64,000 nucleotides of DNA from Phaeosaccion multiseriatum (GCA_965112735.1 OZ218958.1:3472001-3536000); one strand, 5' to 3'. Positions 52,002-63,726 are shown, counted from the first letter of the stretch. Notes: generated by a model not told the origin, from the letters alone. Made by a program: numbers and translations.

Positions 52002-52494
52002 GGAGCCTCAAGGGACAGAAAGACGCCAGGCCTGAGGCTGAGCCTTTGAAGGGAGGCAGGCCTGAAGGGTTAGGGGGAGGCAGGCCTGAAGGGTTAGGGG
52101 GAGGGAGGGAGAGAGGGAGAGAGGGAGAGAAGGAGAGAGGGAGGGAGGGAGAGAGGGAGGGAGGGAGAGAAGGAGAGAGGGAGAAACCTCCAGAACATGA
52201 CCGTCCCGAACCGATGCGTGAGATGATGAGGGCGTCTCTCGAGGGCATCTCAATGCGATGCGGTACTGTACAGTACAAGGTGCACGGAAGGGATTAATGA
52301 AATGACATGACTCGAATTCTTTTCAGAGGGGATGAAGTTACTGACTCTCCTCTATTTATTGACTGATGACTCTCCTCTCTTTATTATCTTATTGACTCTC
52401 CTCTATTTACACGAGGCTGCGGCGCTTGGAGAGCGTCCGCTCCTGCCAATGAGACCGACCCTTACGTACGAGATACAGAGATACGCATCAGTGC

Positions 52495-54251
52495 CTACCC
52501 GTACGTGCTTCCGATGGCAGCCAACGCGCCTTGTTCTGCCGCCCCTGCTGAGCCCTTGGCCTTGGCCTTGCCTCCTCCTGCCCCTGCTTGTACCCCTGCC
52601 CCTCCTCCTCCTGATCTTGCCTTGACAGTGCACACCGACCCCCCTGCAAGCTTCAGGCCGGTGCCGCCGCCGCCGCCGCCGCCGCCCCCGTCCCGGGCCG
52701 GGCGGGGAGGGGGAGGAAGCGGCACGTCAGTCCCCCCTTCGGAGGCCCCTTTTAGCCTGCCACTGCCTCTGCCCGCCCCTGCCTCCTGTGACTCGTTCCT
52801 CCTCAGCTCCCCCACCGCCACGCCCTTCCTCTCGAGCTTGCGCAGGGCCTTGGCCGCCAGGGAGGGCAAGGAGGCACCCTTGCTCCTGCCCGCCTTGACA
52901 ATGCCCTTGACACCGCCCCTCACCGCCTTCATCGCCTTGCCCCCCGCCTTGACCAGCTGCCTGCTGCTGCTGCTGTGGCTCTTGCCCTTGGCCCTGCCCT
53001 TGGTCCCTCCAAAGATGCTATGGGTGTGAATGTCGGAGAGTCTGGAGCGTGAGTTCCTCCCAAAGGCCAAGCTCCTCGCCTGAAACTGTACCCCCCTCGC
53101 GGCCTGCACGTCGTGCTCCTGCTCCTCCGCCATGGGAATGTCGGGGTGCAGCCCCCTCTTGCGCTTTGCCTCCTCCCTCTGCTTGTCCTCCCGCTTGTCC
53201 CCCCTTAGAGCCCTCCTCAGGGCCGCGTTGGCGTCGTAGTCGTCCCTGCGGATGCTGCTGCTCCACTCCTCCAGCTGCGTCAGCCGCTCCTTGTTGGTCT
53301 CTGCCTTGCGCTTGTCGGCTTGGCTGTGCGACAAGCGGTCCATCGGGTCCGCCACGGAGAGGGAGGACGTGCCCTTGTCCACGGCGGAGGCCACGTCCTC
53401 GACCACCATGGTATCGTCCTCGGCATCGTACTCCTGGATGCGCTTCCTACGGGCAGGGATGCAGGCCGGGAGGAGGAGGGAGGGAGAGAGGGGGTTGGGG
53501 TTCAGAGTCAGTCAGAGAGAGCAAAGGCCTCACTCAGAGAGAGAAAGAGAGAGAGAGAGGGGGGGTTGCGCAGGCCAGAGAGAGGGAGAGAGGAGAGTAA
53601 GTATGGACGCACGCCCTTGGGTTACGTACCTGATGCCCTGCACGAAGGCGTAGTCTCTGTTCTCGGGGTCCGTCTTCATCACCATGAGGATCTTGCAGGA
53701 CGGGCAGTTGAACTTGAACTCATGGATGGTCGTTGTGTAGTACTTGCCAACCTGCAGGGGAGGACGGAGGGCAACAGGGCAAGAGGGCACGAGCAGGGCG
53801 AGCGGTGCGGAGCGGAGTGCGTGAGGCAGGGACGGCAGGCAGGCGTCGGGGCATCCGCAAGAGATGGGACTCCTGTTCTGGGGGTGGTGGCTGGGGCACT
53901 GAAGGAGGATGGTTCTGGTGCTGAACAGGCAAAAGAGAAATGTGCTGCTGGAGTCTTGTGCGGGAGGCAAACACACAAAGCCTGTGACTTTCAAGAGGGG
54001 AAGCAAGCCCCAATTATCCACCTCCCACTAACCTTATCCTTCTTGGCGTTGAATCTCGTGCCCTTTCCCAGGGACCTGCCGCATCCGTCACACCAAGAGT
54101 GGTACGGAAGCTCGAAGCGGATCACCCCCGACTGTTCCCACTGGTTGGCGCCCTTGGACCCCGCGAACTTGCTGATGCTGCCATGTTTCTGGGGGTCGTA
54201 CTCCGGAGGCCGGTAGTAGCCGTCAGCCTGCGCGGCCGCAAGACTGGACAT
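52495..54251 (-). CDS. YJU2B: CCDC130/YJU2B (Cwf16/CWC16 family) splicing factor, 3 exons
   Basis: MSSLAAAQADGYYRPPEYDP, IRFELPYHSWCDGC, GTRFNAKK, YYTTTIHEFKFNCPSC, KTDPENRDY, DDYDANAALRR. Confidence 0.9.
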
Positions 54252-54376
54252 CGTTGAAACTAATCTCCTATACTACTGCCCCAGAGGGACAAGGCGGGGT
54301 GATGGACAGACTTTGTGTCCAAAAATGCCATCTGTGACGAAGACGCTCATCTCGCGCTCTGCTCTTTGAGGTCACT

Positions 54377-54420
54377 ATGCCGCGTGATACGGAGGAGCGC
54401 CTCCTTGACATGCTGAAGCT

Positions 54421-54461
<41 letters not shown>

Positions 54462-54982
54462 GGGACACGGATGGAAGCCCTCCGGGTGCTTCACCAGAGG
54501 CTGCAGCGGGGGATGAAGGGGAAGGAGGGGAGGGGAGGGAGGGAGCGAAACAGAGAGAGCACCAGCAGCAGCAGAAGCAGCAGAGGCTGGATCCTGATGC
54601 GTGGCTACCTGGCTGTGCGGAAGAGGTCATTTCGTGTCACAGGTGTGCGCTTGGATGATGGTCTGAACCGCCTGGAACACCGCAATTTTTTTGCTGTGAA
54701 AGTGCTGGCACTGTTACCTCTCTCAGTCAAGCGGGCGGATCTTGCTGGCACCTACTCCAATCAGCCGGATGATTTGGTGCTACCAAGCTCTCTGGAACAA
54801 GTTGTCTTGGGTGACATGCTCAACTGCCCAATCGTTCTCCCTTCCTCGCTGAAGAAGGTCGCTTTTGGAGAATGCTTCAATCAGGCTGACTTGGTGTTAC
54901 CAAGCTCTCTGGAGGAGCTGGAATTTGATTGGCACTCATCAGAGTTCAACAGGCCAATCGTTCTCCCTTCTTCGCTGAAGAA
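54377..54982 (+). pseudogene. FNIP-type LRR gene, 5' half, frameshifted and truncated
   Basis: Homologous to 56498-58018 (SRALLFEVTMP/SRALVINADMP; SFRVTGVRL/SFRVRAVRL; KVLALLP; LPSSLEELEF). The frame changes between ORFs 54377 and 54471, and homology stops abruptly at ~54982. Confidence 0.75.
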
Positions 54983-55344
54983 TGAAGCTCCTCCATTGGA
55001 AGCAAGCAGCCGAGGTACAAGGCGGGGAGGAAACGCTGGTCTGGTGACCGCACCACGTGCAACAGTCGAGGGCGGTTCCGCTCCGCCGCCCTTGGGGCGT
55101 GAAAGGGCCTGTCCATGCTCTCTGTGAGGTGTCCCAGCCGCTCCCGTACAATGAGTGGTGCCCTCCCGAGCTTTCCGCGGCAGGAGCTCCATGCACGCCT
55201 CTCCCCCACAATGAAGTCGATTTGGCGCTGTATACGGACATGGAAACACAGCACCAACTGCTCCACATTGATCGTCCGCCGCTGAGTCCCTCCACCTCGC
55301 TCTCCAAGCATGAGAGGCCATACACATACACTGCTTCTGGCTCA

Positions 55345-56238
55345 TCAGTCCTCGCAGTCGCAGGGGTGCCCATTGGCATGCACCCACTGCTTCATCTCCT
55401 CAAAGACACCGCCCTCCATATCGCGATGCGGACCAACTGCCTCATCTGCTCTCTTTATGGCCTCTGGACAGACACTCGCGTTCCACGGACAGCCCACCTC
55501 TTCTGAGCGGAGCCACTGCAGCATTTCCAGGCTCTTGCTGTATTTAACTGCATATCTGCATACGTCAGGGGTCCAATCACAGAACTCACGCGCGTTGGCA
55601 TGCAGCCACCGCAAAGTGTCCAGTTGACCGCAAAAAGCAGCAATCTGAGCTCCACGCCTCCACCTACCCCCCTCCCCCGCTCCGTCCAGCTCAGCCCTGA
55701 CCTTGGGATTGTTCAGCAGCCATGCCAGCGCAGAGATGTGCCCATAACGAATAGCACAGAGCCACACATCCGCATCAAAGGGGGCGTTCACGTCATCCGA
55801 CAGAAGCCACTCCAGCAGTTGCAAGTCCCCCCTCCGCGGAGCACCATGGCAGACCCTCCCATCCCACGGGCATTTCCCCTCCTTGGAGTCAGCCGAATCC
55901 TCTGAGCGCAGCCACTTGAGCACACGCATGCTGTGCCGCTCGTTCCAAACTGCCGATTCGCATACCTTCTCGCTCCAGGGACAGCCCATGTGATGGAGGG
56001 CCTTGCACATGCTCACATCTCCATACTGAGCAGCGGCAATGAACGTTTCGACTGTCAGCTCGTAGCCGTGCCTCCTGGCCCAGTACACACGATCGATGGA
56101 GGCAACTACACTCCTTTGGCTTGTCTTGGCTGCGTGTTCCACGATGTAGTGCCCCCTCCACTCCTTGCACACCGTCGCCACGAAAGCAAACTCTCCCTTT
56201 CCCACGAGCTCCATCACCTTTCCATATACCTCTCTCAT
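55345..56238 (-). CDS. F-box-like + divergent ankyrin-repeat protein (CPW-type repeats), intronless
   Basis: N-terminal FAFVATVCKEWR; repeats AAQYGDVSMCKALHHMGCPW, GDLQLLEWL, AIRYGHISALAWL, AAFCGQLDTLRWLH, LEMLQWLRSEEVGCPW. Confidence 0.8.
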   Translation of the reverse strand: MREVYGKVMELVGKGEFAFVATVCKEWRGHYIVEHAAKTSQRSVVASIDRVYWARRHGYELTVETFIAAAQYGDVSMCKALHHMGCPWSEKVCESAVWNERHSMRVLKWLRSEDSADSKEGKCPWDGRVCHGAPRRGDLQLLEWLLSDDVNAPFDADVWLCAIRYGHISALAWLLNNPKVRAELDGAGEGGRWRRGAQIAAFCGQLDTLRWLHANAREFCDWTPDVCRYAVKYSKSLEMLQWLRSEEVGCPWNASVCPEAIKRADEAVGPHRDMEGGVFEEMKQWVHANGHPCDCED

Positions 56239-56497
56239 GCCAAAGGCATTTGCACAGGCGCCCGGACCAGGGAGGGAAGCTCGACGAAAGGCAGCACGTC
56301 CACCATCTCCGCCATCTCCATCCTCCCTTCCTGAAGTCGAACGTCGCCGCTTGGTGCCGCCCCTTCTCTCTACTATCCCCTCCTGTATCCCCCCCCTATT
56401 TTATCCCCCCCGATTCCCGATCAGTCGGTCTACTACACCACCCCACCACAGTGAAGTATCGCAGTGACGCTGGAAAGGGGGAAGAAGAGGGAGTACA

Positions 56498-58018
56498 ATG
56501 AAGGGCATCACGTCGAAGGGAGGTGAAACGAAGGGGGGGGACAGCGTGGTGGAAGAAAGTCATGAAAAGACCGATGGAGCGGGGGGAAATTTGCCAGAGC
56601 GCACCAGTCTCAGCAGCAGCGGGCCGGCGGCATTGAGGGTGGTTGCCGGCCGTGTTTCGAACGAGGCTCTGTGGGGAGTATGCAAGGAGGTGGACAAGTT
56701 AACTTCCCGCGCTTTGGTGATCAACGCCGACATGCCACAAGCTATCCAGTCACGGGTGCTGAGTATGCTGAAGCAGCAGCAGCAGCGGGAGCGCGAGGAG
56801 ACTCAACGCCTTGATGCGGCTTCCTCCCCTCCTTCCGCCTCCATGAGGGGAAGACATGCCGTGGAAGGGCTTCGAAGGTCGGGGAGGGTTAGGGCGAGGC
56901 AGCCGGACCATGGTATGGCGGGCTCCTTTCGCGTCAGGGCGGTGCGCCTCGGCATCCAACGTCAAGACGCTGACAGCCTGACTCCAACTGATGCGGCTCT
57001 TGCTCTCAAAGTGTTGGCACTGTTGCCAATGTTGGTCAAGCTTGTGCATTTCTCCGAGTTCTTCGATGCTTGGGACGTTGTTGTGCCGGGCGGCGTGGAG
57101 GAGGTGGCGTTTCCACCATTGTCGTGGTTCGACAGGCGTATTGGTCTTCCTTCCTCACTGAAGAAGGTCACTTTTGGAACTGACTTCGATCAGGCTGATT
57201 TGGTGCTACCAAGCTCTCTGGAGGAGTTGGAATTTGCAAAATGGTCAGTGTTCAACAGGCCAATCGTTCTCCCTTCCTCACTGAAGAAGGTTGCTTTTGG
57301 GAGACGCTTCAATCAGGTTGATTTGGTGCTACCAAGCTCTCTGGAGGAGTTGGAGTTTTCAGAGGCCTCAAGGTTCAACAGGCTAATCGTTCTCCCTTCC
57401 TCGCTGAAGAAGGTCACTTTTGGGAGACGCTTCAATCAGGCTGATTTGGTGTTACCAAGCTCTCTGGAGGAGCTGAGGTTTTCAGAGGACTCAAGGTTCA
57501 ACAGGCCAGTCGTTCTCCCTTCCTCACTGAAGAAGGTCATTTTTGGAAAAGCCTTCGATCAGGCTGGTTTGGTGCTACCAAGCTCTCTGGAGGAGCTGGA
57601 GTTTTCGCCTTACTCAGTGTTCAACCAGCCAGTCGTTCTCCCTTCCTCGCTGAAGAAGGTCACTTTTGGAGAACGCTTCGATCAGGCTGATTTGGTGCTA
57701 CCAAGCTCTCTGGAGGAACTGACGTTTCCATGGAGGTCATTGTTCAACAGGCCAATCGTTCTTCCCCCCTCGCTGAAGGAGGTCACTTTTGGAGAACGCT
57801 TCAATCAGCCTGTGGTCCTTCCTTGTGGTGTCGAGGTGGTACGCATGGGGCTTAACTTTAACCTCCCCCTGGACCTCCGTCCCTCTCTGCGGGCTCTTTG
57901 GCTGAGTCCTCGCTACTCCTGCCCCTTGGAGAGCCTACCTGCTGGGTTGAAGAAGCTTACGGTGGGGGAGGGATGCCCGCTGCCTGCAGATTTACCCGAG
58001 GGGCTTGAGTTAAATTAA
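56498..58018 (+). CDS. FNIP-type leucine-rich repeat protein, intronless, 506 aa
   Basis: Five full 41-aa (123-bp) double units PSSLKKVxFGxxFxQADLVL-PSSLEELxFxxxSxFNRPIVL starting at 57149, 57272, 57395, 57518 and 57641, plus a capping region. Confidence 0.88.
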   Translation: MKGITSKGGETKGGDSVVEESHEKTDGAGGNLPERTSLSSSGPAALRVVAGRVSNEALWGVCKEVDKLTSRALVINADMPQAIQSRVLSMLKQQQQREREETQRLDAASSPPSASMRGRHAVEGLRRSGRVRARQPDHGMAGSFRVRAVRLGIQRQDADSLTPTDAALALKVLALLPMLVKLVHFSEFFDAWDVVVPGGVEEVAFPPLSWFDRRIGLPSSLKKVTFGTDFDQADLVLPSSLEELEFAKWSVFNRPIVLPSSLKKVAFGRRFNQVDLVLPSSLEELEFSEASRFNRLIVLPSSLKKVTFGRRFNQADLVLPSSLEELRFSEDSRFNRPVVLPSSLKKVIFGKAFDQAGLVLPSSLEELEFSPYSVFNQPVVLPSSLKKVTFGERFDQADLVLPSSLEELTFPWRSLFNRPIVLPPSLKEVTFGERFNQPVVLPCGVEVVRMGLNFNLPLDLRPSLRALWLSPRYSCPLESLPAGLKKLTVGEGCPLPADLPEGLELN

Positions 58019-58299
58019 GAGAGAAGAGGAGAAAATGCATATACATGACTGCAGAGCATCTTGCAGGGCGAGGAATGCCAAGCGGGCCCGAGTCGGAGCA
58101 AGACCAGCCGCATGCTTGTCGCGGGGCGTGGCTGCCTGCCGCTGCTGAAGGCTGCAGCCCTTCACTCACTCTCTCGCTGTCGAACGTCCCTGCCCTCGAC
58201 CACGGGAAACTCCGTACTCAACCATCGGGCTTTGGTTAGTAAGCTCCTAAGAACTGCGAACCACGTCCCTCCCCACCATGGAGAGTCCCAAGCCCCAGA

Positions 58300-58488
58300 G
58301 TGAGTGTGGCTGAGAGAGAGGAGCGATTTGGACAAGACGGCCGTGGAGCTGTGGAGCTGACGCAAGAGTACGGCCATGCCGAGATTGCTACGCTCATCGG
58401 GGAAGAGGCTGCCGGGGGAGCGGAACAGGCCCAAGGGGCGCAGGTAAGGGAGCTGCGGCAGGGAGCAGAGGGGTTGCTTCGGGCATGA
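58300..58488 (+). pseudogene. Ankyrin-repeat C-terminal fragment
   Basis: DGRGAVELTQEYGHAEIATLI is a single ankyrin-like unit with no intact upstream frame. Confidence 0.45.
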
Positions 58489-59735
58489 GGCTTCTGTCTG
58501 GCTTTCCTCCGAAGCTTGACTCTGAGACGTCTGCAGTGCACCACAGGCCGGACCATCTCCCTCTCAGCTTTTCCTGTCCGCCTTGATTGCCTCTTGATGC
58601 CTCTTGTTGCCTCTTGATGCCTCTTGATGCCTCTTGATGCCGGCTTCCGTCCCTTGATGCTAACGCGAGAGTCCTCCTCTTGCTCTCCATGTGTACGCGT
58701 GTTGCCGCCTCAGTTTATGAGCGACGCAAGTGGCTCGTTTGGCTGTGGTGTAGCTAAAGCGAAGAGTGAGGAAGAAGCAGCAGCTGCAGGAGCAGGAGCA
58801 GAGTCGAGCAAGCGTGCTGGAGCGCTTGGCGCGGCTGAGCCAGGGGAGGCTGCCTAGCAGCAGCAGTAGAAGCATCAGCAAGAGCAGCAACGGCAGCAGC
58901 CGCAGCCCTCGTACACCCCTTCCTTGGCCCCCTGTTCGCCCCTGCTGATCCTCTGCATGGCGCGAGATTGTCCTCCCTCGCCGTCACGCTTGCTGCCTGC
59001 ACCCGGCTCGCTGAGCGTTTGGACCACCACCCGACGGCCCAGCCTTTGGACCACCACCCAACGGCCAAGCTTTTGGACCCCATCCAAAGTTCCAGCAGGT
59101 CCAACAGATCGGTCGACTTCCTCCTCGCCGGCGAAGCACCTAGCGGCCTGCCAGGCTTACCCTGTCTTATCTATCACGAGCACAGCTCCTCTCCCGCCAC
59201 TCGACTTCCCTCCCGGACTGTTCTTCGCGCTGGGCCCTCGTAGACGAAAAGGGGAGGCGAGGCCCGAAGCGGGGCGTGAAAGAGCCGGTAGCAGCGGCAC
59301 CTGCAGCAGTAGCAGAGTAGCTAGGGAGGGGGGGGCGGAGGGGAGGTCGTCACTTCGTACGGCCTCCAGACAGCTCTATGTGTGTCCATGCTGCGCAGCA
59401 GATGGCTTGTACATTTTTCCCCTTCTCGTCGGTATGAAGAAGAAATTTAAGATCATTGGAAGAGATCGAGCCTTTTTTACACGCTCACCTTTGCCAACAG
59501 ACAACAGACAACACAGAGAGACAGGACATCGCTCATAAACAGCAGGAGGCCACCCGTCACTCTGTCTCCCCGTGCGGGTAAAGTCGGACCCAGCGAGAGC
59601 GTTGCGATCTGCCACGAAAGAGGAGGCGCGCGGATACTTACTGATTAAACGCCGCCGAGGTTCCTATCCTGAGGTTGCCACTCCTTCAAGCGCTTCTAGC
59701 CTGCAGTAGGGCGGCGGTGGAGCAGAAGGAAGGTT

Positions 59736-60890
59736 ATGGAGGGGAGAACGGGCGTGAGCGCGGGGGGAAAGAGCGCGGGCCCAGTTTTGTCCTTGGAAGA
59801 GCTTACTGTTGTTGTTGCTGCTGCTGCTGCTGCCGCGGAAGGCAACAGACCTTCCTCCGGTCGGAGATGCACCAGTGGTAGTTGGGATGGCGCTGAGGGC
59901 GAAGAAGCGAGCAAGGATGACAGTACGGATGACATGACAGCTGACAGCATCCTCCCCCCCCTCCCAGAGGCCCGGATCGCTGCCCCTGTGGTGGAGAAAG
60001 TGTTCGTGCGTGCGAGGCGGGGTGAGGAGCTGCTGGGCAAGCGCGTGGCCAAGCGGGTGGGCGACGATGTGTACACAGGCACGATTCGTGCCCGCCTCCC
60101 CCATGGCGAGTCGGGAATCGCGGAGGCCGATGGCGGACGAGGCAGCAGAGGCAGTGGCGAGGATCGGTACAAGCTTAGTTTCGATGACGGCAGCAGCGGG
60201 AGCTTCTCTCTGGCAAAGGTCGACGCATTCCTCGCCTTGTACCGCTCCATTCTGATCTCGACTACCCAGGCTGTGACCCAGGCTACGGCTCAGGCGAAGT
60301 CTCAGGCTGCTGCCACCCTTGCCAGCACGGGAATGGAGACCCCACCACACTCCGAACCATCGTCCTCAGCTGCACCTGATGAGAAGAAGGATGATATGCA
60401 ACAGGAAGGAAGGAAGGACCAGAAGCAGAAGGAGAGGAAGAAGAGTAAGACGAAGCTCACAGCGGCAAAAGCCGGGAAGCCGGTCCTCAGCAAAGCTCAG
60501 CCCTCCGCCGCCGCTACGAGCGAAGCGACGCCTTGGACGGGCCCCGCGAAAGGCTCGAAGACGACCACGGGGGGCGGCCGTTACGCTCGACCTCGACCCA
60601 ACAAGGCTAAGGACAAGAAGCGAGGACGGAGCAGGCAGGCCAAGCCAACGGCCAGTCTCTTCGACAGCACCACAGCACCAGCAGCAGCAGTAGCAGGCTC
60701 GAGGGACGGGCCCTCGCCGGGGGGGAGGACGCATGGACTCAAGCCGCGCAAGGCCGCTGCTCCCACGCATGCTCCGGCTCCTTTAGGAAATGTCGTGGCA
60801 GCAGGAAAGCCCCAGCCTGAGGCGGAGGAGTGCGAAGCGCAGCCGAAGAAGCGAGGGCGCGGAAGGCCGAGGAAGATTCGTGCTGGTGCG

Positions 60891-60921
<31 letters not shown>

Positions 60922-61832
60922 CGGCTGTGACCAAGGCATCAAACCCAATCTCGGCCTTAACTCCGATGCGCGAGAGTAGGAGGGTTCGCACCCCCAAAAG
61001 GTACCACTCCTTGGATGAAGGCTACGCCATGCCTGTGGTGTTGGGCAAAAGGAAGGCGCGAGGCCCTACTCCTGCAGTTCCGACGCGTGGGGCGAGTCAG
61101 ATGGCGCGAGGAGCATTGCCAACTGCAGCAGCAGCAGTTGGTGATACAACCCCAGCGACTCCAGCCCAGGCAAGGACGACGGGCCGCAGGGGCAGCAGCA
61201 GTAGCAGAAGTAGCGCGATGATGATTGCCAGAAGCAGCAGGCGGCAGGCACAGGCACAGGCACAGGCACCGCAGGAGGCGGGCAGTGGGCTTGTGCTGAA
61301 GCGAGTGGCCAAGCGCTTCGGGGACGGGAGTGTGTACGCGGGAACTGTCTCGGAGTGGATTCCAGCGGCCGCTACAGGCTTGGCCTGCGGAGACCTCTTT
61401 GCCATCAGATACGACGACGGGGACTCTGAGGACATGTTCAGGCAGGAGGTGGAGGAGAGCATTGGTCTGTTCGATCAAACCTTCCCCTCCTCCTCCTCAG
61501 GACCCGAGGCGCCAGTGGCCCCTCAGCCCCGGGCCGAGGAGGCAGTGCCGGAGAAGAGAGGCCGGGGAAGACCGAGGAAGGCCGCCATTGCGGTGCCTAT
61601 TCCCCTGTGGACCGCCGAGGCAGCAACAAGCGGGGCAGCGGCAGCGAGGGGAGCTCAGCCAAACTCGGAGGTCGTGACCAAGAAGCGGGGGCGCGGAAGG
61701 CCGCGGAAGACGGTAGCGACCACCTCTCAGCCGCCCTTGGACACAACTGCAGCCCTTGCCACAGCCACAGACCGGGGGGGGGCTCAGGAGGCACCACCGG
61801 CAAAGCGAGGACGAGGAAGGCCGCGGAAGTGA
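59736..61832 (+). CDS. Putative chromatin protein with two Tudor-like domains and four AT-hooks, intronless
   Basis: LLGKRVAKRVGDDVYTGTI...YKLSFDDG and VLKRVAKRFGDGSVYAGTV...LFAIRYDDGDSEDM (PTM/DIR17-like Tudor pattern); KRGRGRPRK x4. Confidence 0.8.
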
Positions 61833-62324
61833 CCTCGCAACGACGAGAAAGTATGTCAGCGAGCGGCACTACAGCGGCACTACGGCTTCCCATCGGCCCC
61901 TCGGGATGGGCAGCAATGGCTCGTGCGTCCCAGGGGCCTCGACTTCAAGTGCTAAGCTCGACTTCAAGTGCTAAGCTCGACTTCAAGTGCTAAGCTGAAG
62001 CGGCGCATCTTGCGCTTGGCTTGCTCTCCGCACTTGGCCACGGAAGCCTTCGAAGTGACCACGGAAGCCTTCGAAGTGACCACGAGGTCCACATGTCCAG
62101 ATGGAGGTTCCGCACTTACAGACTATTCTATTTACGCAAAAGAGACTTGATTATTTAACCCTCCGAAGCAAGGCAGGGCAACAGGGGAGCAGTGACTAAG
62201 GCAACAGGGAAGCACTGACTAGTCTTCAGAGGGTAACCATCGTTATGTTATGTACATGTATAAATATAGCAATCATCTTGAGCCATTCACTCTTCCTCGA
62301 AGTCAAGAAGAGCTAGGGCCTCCG

Positions 62325-62923
62325 TCAGCTTGCCCCTCTTGATGAGAAACATGCCCAGCTTGTTGGACGTGTCGAGCCTGTCCTGTCCTGTCCAGGTGAC
62401 TCGGAGGAAGCGACTCCTCCCATATCGCCATGACCGTTACGGAAGAGCCCCTCGGCGTCCTCCAGCCTGCTCTGGGCCAGGAACTGTGTGCCGAGGTCGT
62501 CGTAGGAGCGGGCCAACTCTGGGTCATTCACACGCAGCACCCGCTCGTGAATCGCCATCACCTCGCGGAGGAGCCGCTCCGCCTCCCTCCTTCTGCCCCT
62601 CCGTTCAAGAAGACGGCCAAGGTTGCTCTACGAGGTGGCCAGGCAGCGTCTCGTGCGTGGGAGGGAGGATGTCCTCGTAAATCGCCGTCGACTTACGGGA
62701 GAGCACCTGCCTCCGCCTCCTTCAGCTTGCCCAGGAGCACGAGAAGCGCCCCGAGGTTGCTGTAAGACCACACCAGGTACGAACCGTCCGGAGGCTGAAC
62801 CTCCCAAATGGCCAACGCCTTGCGGTAGAGAGCCCCGCCTCCTCCAGCTTGCCCCGGTCTTGGCTGGAAAAATAGGCCTAAATCTTCGTACGACGCAGCT
62901 TTGGAAAGTTCTTCCGTCAGCAT
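62325..62923 (-). pseudogene. Degenerate TPR (kinesin-light-chain type) repeat relic
   Basis: AASYEDLG...LYRKALAIWE...SYSNLGALLVLLGKLKEAEA and MAIHERVLRVNDPELARSYDDLG...RLEDAEGLFR lie in separate, broken ORFs. Confidence 0.7.
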
Positions 62924-63075
62924 TTGGTCCTTCCGTGTAGTGTGGAGGAAGTAAACCTGGGGCGTGACTTTAACCTCCCTCTGGACCTTCCTGCCTCTGT
63001 GCGAGCTCTATCGCTGAGCTATCAATACTCCGACCCTTTGCTTGGAGAGCCTTCCTGCTGGCCTAACCGTACGGC
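62924..63075 (+). pseudogene. FNIP-type LRR gene, 3' cap fragment
   Basis: VLPCSVEEVNLGRDFNLPLDLPASVRALSLS...LESLPAGL aligns with VLPCGVEVVRMGLNFNLPLDLRPSLRALWLS...LESLPAGL (~57812-57950); frameshift near 63040. Confidence 0.75.
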
Positions 63076-63166
63076 GTCGTCATCTCTATCCTACATACTG
63101 GAAACTGCTGATAAATGGAGAAGTGCTCCACCCTGCCGCTCTTTCCCGCCCCTCGCATTCACTGGC

Positions 63167-63682
63167 CTATCGCTCCTCCACCTCTCTCTCGCCCCTCCCC
63201 CTCCTGGAGGGTGCGATGAGCTGCTGACAGAGGCCCAGAATGTCCTCATTGAGCCGCAGCTGAGACGCCTCCATCCTGCTCACCTCCATCCTGCTCACGG
63301 CAGGAAGGGCCTTCCCTCCCTCCTCCCCCGTCTCCATCTCCTCTGCTTTGGCCGCCGCCCTGGCTAGCGCCACCCTCCGCTGTAGCTTATCCACAACAGG
63401 GTCCCTCTGCACCGCCCCCACCGCCAGGCTCCGCCACACTTCCCTCGCGTACTCTGCAGCCCGCCCTGCCTCCCCCTCCTCCCCCTCCCTCCCGTGCGCC
63501 CCTCGCAGCCTGTCCCTCCAGTGCGTGAGCGTGTGGAGTTGCTTCTCCTTGATCCTGCTGGCCTTGGTGAGGTGCTCTGCATACTCATCCAGTACCTTCG
63601 CCCTTCTCTCGGCCTCTGCCTGCTCGAAGCGAGAGGAAAGCGTCACTGCCACTGCTGCTGCCCCTTTCGCGCGTCTGCTGCG

Positions 63683-63726
<44 letters not shown>

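Noticed and set aside
54983-62923. Classifying the island as a named transposon or endogenous virus
   Set aside because: No transposase, integrase, RT, Rep/helicase, capsid or polymerase motif and no terminal repeats were seen.
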